DNA of 60,890 nt, counting the filler, from Asterionella formosa (taxonomy: Eukaryota), in assembly GCA_002256025.1 (NCBI GenBank). It is 5 parts of 5 records of this genome, joined end to end, with 100 filler letters (N's around TTAATTAATTAA, not from the genome) between each part and the next. Parts side by side here need not be neighbours in the genome. Positions count along the whole stretch, not along the records: positions 48,813 to 60,890 come from NKIB01007880.1; 4 more parts are not named here. One strand, given 5' to 3'. A program made the translations under genes and the position numbers. Positions 52,032 through 60,890 of this stretch are shown here, in pieces. Under the pieces are notes generated by a model. The model did no database searches. It saw nothing but the letters and a program-made list of their open reading frames with translations, and was not told the origin of the DNA. The first letter of the stretch is position 1; each line of letters opens with the position of its first letter.

Positions 52032-53451
52032 ATGTCCAATGGAACTCCGAAAGCAAAGGGTCTCCCTGGCTTTTTGCGACGCAGTTTGCGTTTGAATTAT
52101 GACGACGATGACGCTGAAAAAAGCGGAGCTTCTCTGGAAGCTTCACGTGTAGCCACGATGGTAGCGCTCTCTGCTTCGCCAGCTGGCCAAAAACCCACAA
52201 AGCAATTACCGGTACTCCCTCCAACGCCAATTACTAGTCTAAGTACACCCAAGGCGAGAATGGAGAAAGTCAAAAGTGAATCATCGACTGCTGGGGATTC
52301 AACTACTTCTTCTTTGAGCACAGACTCTAAAACTCCACACAATTCTTTTGTCAGCCCAGTACCAACGTCGTTGTCGATTGGACAAGAAACCAGCTACAGG
52401 TATCGACAATTTGAAGCGGTCATCACTGCCGATGTTGTCAACATGAGCGATTTACGGAAAACAAGCTGGAACGGAGTACCTGAACAGTACCGACCACAGG
52501 CCTGGAAAATTCTCTTAGGATATCTTCCCGTCAATTCTGCTCGTCGCAAGGTCGCCTTGGACAGAAAAAGGGCAGAGTATCGAGATGCCATTGCTCAGCA
52601 TTTTGACATTGACGATGATACCCGCACGATGCAAGAACAAGAGACGCTTAGACAAGTACTTGTAGACGTTCCCAGGACTGCCCCAGGTGTCAAGCTATTC
52701 CGTGAGGAGAAGATTCGACGAGCCCTAGCGAGATTGCTCTACATTTGGGCCCAACGTCATCCTGCTTCCAGTTATGTACAGGGTATCAATGACTTGGCGA
52801 CTCCACTGGTGGTAGTCTTTTTAAGTGAATTCTTTGACACCGCAGATGTTTTGAATGCAACAATTATTGACGAAATCTCGGACGATTTGATGCAGGAAGT
52901 TGAAGCAGACTGCTACTGGTGCTTGACCAACTTGCTCGCTGGAATTCAGGATCACTACACCTCGGATCAACCAGGAGTTCAACGAATGGTCATGCGGTTG
53001 GAAGAATTGGTCAATCGCATTGATAGTGACCTTTGTGAGTACTTAAGAAGTGTTGGCATTGAATTCATGCAATTTGCCTTCAAGTGGATGAATTGCCTTT
53101 TATTGCGTGAATTCAATCTTCGGTGCGTCATGAGATTGTGGGACACCTACATTAGCGAGGGTGATGGAGGCTTTGAGGACTTTCATGTGTATGTGTGTGC
53201 TGCCTTCTTGTGTCAGTTCAGCATGCAACTGCAATCTATGGAATTTGACGAACTTTTTGGCTTCATGCAAAATATACCAACGGACGAATGGACCGATTCT
53301 GAGATTGAAGTGCTTCTGAGTCAAGCGTAAGTTCCTTACAGTACATGGCATTGATCAGATGAACAACACTCACCCATCAAGCAATCGTTTTAGGTTCGTC
53401 TTGGGCACTTTATTTGAAGGCAGCGACGCACATTTGACGAGCCGGCGGTAA
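52032..53451 (+). CDS. TBC-domain Rab GAP, TBC1D22/Gyp1-like; exons 52032-53326, 53394-53451
   Basis: WNGVP..YRPQAWKILLGYLP, VDVPRT, HPASSYVQGINDL, EADCYWC, FAFKWMNCLLLREF, RLWDTY; 67-nt intron. Confidence 0.95.
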
Positions 53452-53723
53452 GGTGTTGGATTGATCATCCCGTGCATTGACAATCATAGTGATGAGATAG
53501 TTATGTGTAAACTAGCAACGGTTCGAGTTGCTCTCATAACATCCAATTTACTAGGAGCGATTGTTGATTTACCTACTTATTCCAGCGACAGTCATTCGAA
53601 CATTTCGCCCCAACTAATCCGTCCAGAACACACACACGAATTGGCTTACAATATTTGAGACGTTAACTACCACTGAATGCGTCACGAGACGAGTGCAGCA
53701 ATAAACCGCAAGGTGTCTCTAAT

Positions 53724-54760
53724 CTAATAAAGAGTCTTGCGATAGAATGCAGTGATACTTTCGATTGACAGCAGAATGATCATGGCGTGGGGTGCACAAC
53801 GTCCGTAGTAAGCTGAAAATCCATTGAAGAATCCCAGTGGGCCCTCCTTTGCCACAATCTGTACTGCGCAATCAATGATTCCCTTGTACGGCATTTTTCC
53901 GCTTACATCCGGCTTCATGGCCATCAAACGCGACTTGACCAAATCGAACGGCATGGAGAAGAGGGCCGCAGTGAAACCAGCGATAGCAGAAGAAGCCAGC
54001 TGTGTCTTCAACGCAGGTTGTCCACCAGTCATGGGATCATCGAGGACCTTGGCACATGCTTCTTTGGCCTGGTCATAGCAAGCCATCATACCAACATTCA
54101 TGGCCATTCCTCTCAAAATGTTGGGTGCCAAACCCTTGTAAAGGGCACCAAACCCTTCTTCTTTCGTCGTTCGAATCAAAGCATCAAATACATTCTTGTA
54201 ATTTCGTCGATCTTGAGGGGCAGCCATGCCATCTGACTGCAATCTGACCAACGCAATATCAAAAGGAGTGCCAATGCAGACTGCAACGGCTCCACTCGCC
54301 ATGCCTGAAAGCGTTTTTTGGAGAAAATTGATCTTGTTGCCTCCATTCAATTCGACTAGTTTGTCGCTGAAGGTTCGGTGCAATCCAATACGGGCAGTTC
54401 CATAGACCATCTGACGTCCAATAGCAGCATCCACACCCTTGTAGATACTTAAAATTCCATCTGATTTGACAGATCCAGAAATGATCGACGGAAAGGACGG
54501 CACTTTCTTGCCGGGGTTCAATTGTCCGTACAACTGCATTCTCACCTGAAGCAGAGCAGAACAAGATCCGTTTAGCATCGAATAAGCTTACAATCCCTAC
54601 ACAGATACAACTCCCAGAGGGTGCTTCCCCTTGATAACAGTTGACTTACTTTGGCGAGATCAATAGGATGAATAATGATACTGGCAAATGAGGCGGCAGC
54701 TCCCCCACAGGCGAATGGCTCAGCGACCTTTGCGAAAGAGGTCGATTGCTTCGAGCTCAT
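53724..54760 (-). CDS. Mitochondrial carrier, 2-oxoglutarate/malate (dicarboxylate-tricarboxylate) type; exons 54760-54650, 54545-53724
   Basis: Three carrier signatures (HPIDLAKVR, TPFDIALVR, MPFDLVKSR), RQMVYGTARIG, RRNYKNVFDAL, RCAPH; 104-nt intron. Confidence 0.95.
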
Positions 54761-55604
54761 GATGCTAAGGGGTTTACTTGTTCAATTCGGAAAGGTAAAA
54801 TGAACAGAGCGGACAGTCAAGGCCGGCAAATTGCAATGTTCTGGTAGCTTGTCGGCAGGCAACAGCGGCCACAACGCTACAAAAAATGCGGAGTACCGGT
54901 ACCAGTACTGATATTCGAATTTGAGACGACGAATCTAAGAAGGGTTGGTGGCAGGAACTTGTGAACTTGCAAAATGACCTCAGAAATTTCGGTTGCTTTT
55001 GGGATATGAGGATGAAATATACATAATAGCTATGTAGGGACTCACATTATCCCCTATTAGTTAGAATAAAGATACGCCCGAACAGGGCAGAAAAATGCAT
55101 TTCTATGATTTGGATACTTTTAGACTGCATACCAGTAACAGTAGTTTCCATTCTTCCTCCTTTCTAGACTCCTACCACGACTTTTCCCAAAACGGGATGA
55201 AACAGTAAAAACTATTAGTAAATTCAACTGCCCATTGGCATTTGCACCACAATTGCAGCACTCTACTGAGGGTAGCTTAAACTAATTCAAATCCGTGCTA
55301 CTATATTCACCTGTATTACTGTATAGGAATACATGTGCTCCTCAAAACTAGTGCCTGCCAATATTTGTTGACTAATTTGTTCACTCAACTTGCCAATTTT
55401 GAATCCAAAAACTTGAATTGTCAGCAGAATGAGAAAGAAGAAAACTCGTGGCTAGTGAGACTAAAAAGCTTGCCAATCTCCCTCAGGATGTCTTGTATGC
55501 CAAGGATATACCAGCAGATGTTAAAGATAAAATAACCCAAAGAATTCTGAATGTTTTGGACAAATTGAAAAAAAATCTGGTGTTGACTAAATAGTTAAGC
55601 TCAA

Positions 55605-56060
55605 TTGAAAGGTACAGTGCACTCCAATATCATACAGAGATTAGCTATGAGTTTCACTTTTGTGGTCATCCAAGCAAGATTCTTTAAGTTGATTGGTGAC
55701 TATGAGTCACTGTTGATGCTTAGGGACAAATGTCCTTCAAACTGTCCATCCATGAAGGTGGAATCCCTTCTGATATATGTATGGTGGAAATACATTTTGT
55801 CTAGTATCATGACATTATTGGATCTCAGAGGAAAGGAAGTGGTTGATGTCATGCTGGGGCATCTCATAAAATGTTGTGGGGATTGGAATGCCCCTGAAAT
55901 GCGTGAAGGATTTCGTACTGCAGTATGGTGCATTCATAAGGCTCACAACCAAATTGGTGACTACATACAGGCTTGTCAGGATTGTCGTGATATGCCCTTA
56001 CTAGATGAGTGGTATAAGGGTCATTCAGAAAATCTATTCGTATTCGCCCTCAAGGTCTAG
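55605..56060 (+). pseudogene. Degenerate coding fragment, probably transposon-derived
   Basis: No ATG start; protein-like Cys-containing translation (GDYESLLML, CCGDWNAP, HKAHNQIGDYIQACQDC) that runs directly into a subterminal-type tandem array. Confidence 0.35.
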
Positions 56061-56160
56061 TCATTGTCAGCAAACTCTAATCCTTGTCGGCAAATTCCAG
56101 TCGTTGTCAGCAAGTTCTAGTCGTAGTCAGCAAATTCTAGCCATTATCAGCAAGTTCTAA
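56056..56160. repeat. Five tandem 20-bp repeats, consensus TCTAGTCRTTGTCAGCAART
   Basis: Direct reading; an inverted homologue lies at 12352-12415. Confidence 0.85.
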
Positions 56161-56773
56161 ATATAGAAAGAGACGATTCCTATTAGTATTCCAAATCTAG
56201 AAGTCGGTTCTTTGCTGAACAGGTTCACCAGTAAGCAAATCCGAGTTGTGTTCAGAGACTGATTCTGCAAATTGTCATTGGTCAATAAGAGTAGTAACGT
56301 TTTCCTAAATTACTTAAGGAATATAATTTCCATCAAAAGCTGGCCATTCTTGTCTGGCAAGCATGAGACAAATCATTGGGAGTGGGTCGAAACTGGAAAC
56401 AAGGGTGCGCATAAAATGTGAGCTACCGGACCTTCCAGGTACTTCATACTCCGTACTACATAGTAAAACCGTTCATTTGCTCAACTTTCAAATTAACATA
56501 TATCTATGAATTCATATTATATATAAAACGCAAATATACATGATGATCACATCATGGCCACTCTTGCCCACCCTTCTACAGGTATTGTCGGCAGCAAAAT
56601 CCTCATCCTCAAGAGCTAGAGAGCTATACAGATGTCAGACACCAAGCCAAAGAGGCACAACCATTCATAACAAGATAAGCGCACTTGGAAAACGATTCTT
56701 ATATTTCACATCAGTATCACTGGTACATGACCAAAGTGATACCATCTACTAATACAAATGTAGTGTAATAGCA

Positions 56774-56979
56774 GGAGAATGGTTTAGTGGTTGGCAACCT
56801 TCTGTGGTGGCAAGTTGCATTCTCCATCCACCTGTCTGTTCACGTAGTCCCTAGTAGGGTTCCACAAGTGTGGCTGATGAAAAGACAGCAGGTCCCATTG
56901 TACTGTATGAATGAATAAAACTGGTACTAATTGTGTACATTTATTTGGGCCCGAGTGCAATTATTGGATAGCTTTAACA
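56774..56979 (+). mobile_element. tRNA-derived SINE, second copy (B box lost, shorter 3' end)
   Basis: Co-linear with 10304-10514; flanked by TGTAATAGCA (56764-56773) and TGTAATAGTA (56980-56989). Confidence 0.82.
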
Positions 56980-57123
56980 TGTAATAGTAGATCCTGTCCA
57001 ATGATGGATGGAATCCATGCACCGGTATACTTTAGCTACTAGGTAATGGTAAATGAAAAAGTGAGTACCTGGTACCAGGTACCAGAAGGCAGATATATTG
57101 GTACTGGAGTCTACCCTACATAA

Positions 57124-58760
57124 GAGCATCGCCACCGCATCGACCAAATACCAAAGCCAATTACAGTTGAAAATATCAATACACGTCACTTGGCTGAGAA
57201 TTTTTTATCATACGTCGAATTTTTCATATTTTTTCCCACCGCATCGACCAAATCCTAGAATAGTCAAATCTCGCGCCGAAACTTTTAGCGAATAGAAATA
57301 TCACAAGAATGTTATTACATGTGTATCGTTATATTAATAAACCCGATTACTACCAATAAGAAAATGATGGACGCACTGCGTGGTTTGTGGTACCAGGTAG
57401 CATACCCTACTCACCATCCATATCTGCCTGATGAAATGAGCAATGATAGCGACTCATCAGATGACAACCGCTCCTACACTTCCGTACATACCAGTTAAAC
57501 ATGCCTACCGGTATACAGGAAGAAAACGAGAAAAGGCAACCGAAGGAGGAGGCGGAGGATCAAAGGAAGTCGCTTAGCTACCAGTAGTCTGTACATGTAG
57601 TTTTTTGAATAATTGTAGCACCGCATTTCCTGTAAATTCCTCATTCTTACGCAGCTAGTACTACGCCTATCTAAACTGCCCATCAAAAACTAATATGACT
57701 ATGCATTTGTATATTGGTATTCTAGAATAGAAAAATCTTCCATTTTTCCAATTAGCTAGAGTGATAGCCTAGCTTTCTAATCAATCATACTAGCATTGAC
57801 ATGTAATCTATATTATTTTTCCTTCATTTGGAATCATCTACTACATCAAAATCATCAGTTGTGGATGACAGGTGGGACAGTGGAGTACTGGAAGCACTTG
57901 AATTATTGAGATGCAATCGGATCACACCTAATCCCTCCTTCATTTTGCCTTTACTGGCGTGAAACCCTTCGTTAAATGGCACAACTCTCTTGGATACATT
58001 TTTTAAATTCTTCGGCTGATTAATCAACCATCGACACAGTAAACTGATACACAATATACCCATGGCATGCAAGGGAAAAAGATATCGATACTAGCCAGGG
58101 ACATGCAGCAGTCTGCCAACAATGACACATCACGGTACACGAGGAACAATGCTGCCTTGACGAAACTCGCACATCGCTATCGATTGTTGCTCTTGACAGC
58201 GCCAAAATAATCCAACTTTGGTTTTGTCTGAAACCGATGATGAATCATCCTCGTTGGCTGCTGCTCATGCTCCTTCTGCGGCTCCTGCTCCTGCTGCTCC
58301 TTCTCATGTAGCATCCTGCTTTGACAACAATGGATGACAATATCTTATTGGGATCGTCAAAGACTCAAAGGACAACATTTTATAGATAGCTGCCGGTATT
58401 ATTCAAAGGTTATTGTACTTAAGTTTATTATTTGTCTACATCAAGAGAGCAAGGTAAATGTGTATTGTAAGCGTTTGTGGATCAATTAAACAGTTCACGT
58501 TATGTTGCCGGCGCGAGCCACAATCTAAACCAATAGAAATGCTCCTTTTATTTGGCTACGGTCGGAGTCTAATCGACCAAATACCTGATATTTGGTCGAT
58601 AACAAGGGGGTCATCCTCGATCAAGACCAAAGCATATTTGGTCTTGGTCGATGCGGTGGCTAAAATATTTTTGCTTTTTCGACCAACACAACGCATCATG
58701 ACGTGTAATGACCCGCAACTTCAATTGGCTTGGTATTTGGTTGATGCGGTGGCGATGCTC
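57124..58760. mobile_element. Non-autonomous PIF/Harbinger DNA transposon
   Basis: 31-bp TIRs matching at 30/31 (GAGCATCGCCACCGCATCGACCAAATACCAA), TAA on both flanks, no transposase ORF. Confidence 0.88.
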
Positions 58761-59553
58761 TAAGCATTTACCAGCAAGGCGACCACATATGATTTACTAT
58801 GTACCCCCACCAACGACTTATCCTCAATGATCAAAACGACCACACCAACAATCTCCCTTCTGTAGTGATGAACAACAGGAAACGCCAAAAGCAGTGTTCT
58901 AGAAAGGTTAAAAAAATATGCATGAAAACACTAAAGATATGTTTGATTCAGCATTTCCCATTTTATTTGTTGAATGAGTATCGAGTCCTAAAACCTTTCT
59001 GAACCCATTGTCTACTTCAGGGTGCAGCTCACAACACATGACAATGTGAACTTAACTTTTGAAAAAATGTATAAGCAGAGCCTGAATGAGGTCTATTCTT
59101 CAAAGATTAGGATATCAACAGAGATATTTAATGGAAAGCTAAGATACATGAAGCATGCAAAATTTCGTAAATCTGAGCGATAATTTAGCGATGATGGATC
59201 AATTGGGTTTCAGGAGATGAGGAAGTCGTGATCCACATCATGATAGTCATGAAAAATAGCAAAGACTGGAAAAAGCGGATCCTAGATATGATGACCACAA
59301 TGATGCAAAAATTTGAAATCCACTTCTCCACATAATTCTGACAAAAATATGATCCACTTTGGAAGAAGTTTTCTGATGAGAATCAAATGAATAGCGGAAG
59401 GCGAGCCGAGCCCTCTGTTTTTGATTGAATCATGTACATCATATACAGCCCAACCCCTTGACGAAGTCAAATGGTCGTTTATCCATCACAATTAGCAGGT
59501 CTGTTGAAACACAACGAACAGCGACAATGGCTGCATTTTCTCGTTCGAATTAA

Positions 59554-60511
59554 TTAAGCATCGAAGCTGGAAACTTTTTCAGAAAACTTGGTATGCATTT
59601 GCTTGAATTTGTGGTCCCATGGATTCCACACAAATCCGAGACTCTCCAGCTGCTGCTTTCGCTTATGCGATAACACAGCTGGCCTGCCTGAATCTCGAAA
59701 TTTGCCATTCTTTCGTTGACTACTGACCCAGTTTGCAAGTTGAGGATTAGCTTCATATGAAATCGGAACTATGCAGTGACCATGTTTAGCTGAAACGTGA
59801 AAGGTCGTGAATCGCTGATGTGAGCTATTAAAATGTTGACATAAATCAGGGTTGGGTGTCCATATTGAGCTACTTACATTTGTAAGCTTGGAGCTCTAGA
59901 ATCCTAGAGTCCCAAATTTGCTCTCGTTTCGACTTCCATGGAAAGTTAACTGCGTTCATCGCCTCGATCATATCCTGTGAAAGGATAGACTTGATACCTT
60001 GAGAATGCAATTTGTATAGCTTCCTTTGGCGATTCATCCAGAAGCCGGTCCGTGAGTCTGACTTGATTGAATCAAAACCACTCTGGCTCGCCTGCACCCT
60101 CAGCTCTTCAAAACGTTCCCACCACAGATCTTTGGTACATTTTTTAATATTTGATGCATCCCAAATGAAACCCAATTCATCTAAAGCACGAATTTGATCC
60201 TCGTTTATCTTTCCTCGTTTCCGTCTTTGGCGCTGTTTGTTGACCCAGTTCCCCAAGGGTTGGTTCTCCGGATAAATCTTCGGCACAAGGGTATCACCAG
60301 CGCGCATTTTGTAATCCTTGAGCTGTTGTAAGCGAGTTGTCCAAGAAGCCAAGGCCGTGATGGAAGCATGGGGAGATGCCAAATTCAGTAAAAACGAAAA
60401 CTTCTTTGTTTCTTGATATCTTGATGAAATATTTGGGTTGCCTCTAAACGAGAATACTACGCCAGCCTCCACCGATATTATAGCACAACTCAGAACTCTC
60501 ATTAACCTCAT
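59554..60511 (-). CDS. Helicase-associated (HA) repeat protein; exons 60511-59878, 59789-59554
   Basis: W..RLQQLKDYK..GDTLVP..Y..N..LGNWVNKQR..LDELGFIW; a third repeat HGHCIVPISYEANPQLANWVSSQR..LESLGFVW is recovered after an 88-nt intron. Confidence 0.88.
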
Positions 60512-60890
60512 TGTTAGTAGCTGCTGCTACCCTAAAAGGGGCGTTGACACTGCTTCGCTAGAGTGGCCGATCTTGTTGCCTGAGAAATCAAAGAAGGGTG
60601 CAAAAGCTCAACTCGTTCCATGCAGTTATGATTAAATTTTAGTAGCATGCGACGCCCGATATGGATAAGTGAGATCGCGAAGCAATTGTTCCTGATTCCC
60701 GATAAAACTCAATAGAAGGATTGGAGAGCCGGTCCTTGTTGTCATGTCATCGAGAATACCCGTATTTGTTGGTGTGATGTTTAGGTTAAAGCAAAACGAG
60801 GACATAAGTGCAGACGTCGGTGCCCCGGAGTCAAGTTGATAATTACAGTACTCCTACATTTAGATCAAAGTCCAGCAATTTTTTAATGAT

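Overview
Eukaryotic nuclear DNA, most likely from a diatom. This is inferred from short GT-AG introns, signal-plus-transit plastid presequences, a type II LRR receptor-like gene and a copia element. The window is not one locus. It is five contigs of 12114, 12110, 12109, 12079 and 12078 nt, in descending size, joined by artificial 100-nt N44-TTAATTAATTAA-N44 linkers. Recognisable genes: CMC4/MTCP1-like, RPB3, COG3, a TPM-TM-RING protein, GDP-mannose 4,6-dehydratase, a Nup214/Nup159-like FG nucleoporin (partial), two plastid-targeted proteins, a membrane-anchored methyltransferase-like protein, a secreted Cys-rich protein, an LRR receptor-like protein, an ArfGAP (partial), a TBC1D22/Gyp1-like RabGAP, a mitochondrial dicarboxylate carrier and an HA-repeat protein. 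Mobile DNA: a copia gag-pol with a premature stop, two copies of a tRNA-derived SINE with target-site duplications, a non-autonomous PIF/Harbinger element and fold-back MITE-like repeats. The most unusual signal is that intergenic DNA is full of TA-CC(N)GG-TA palindromes. Alignment of paralogous repeat copies shows these are micro-insertions at TA sites, consistent with very frequent Tc1/mariner-type excision footprints. All family assignments are by motif recognition; no database search was run.
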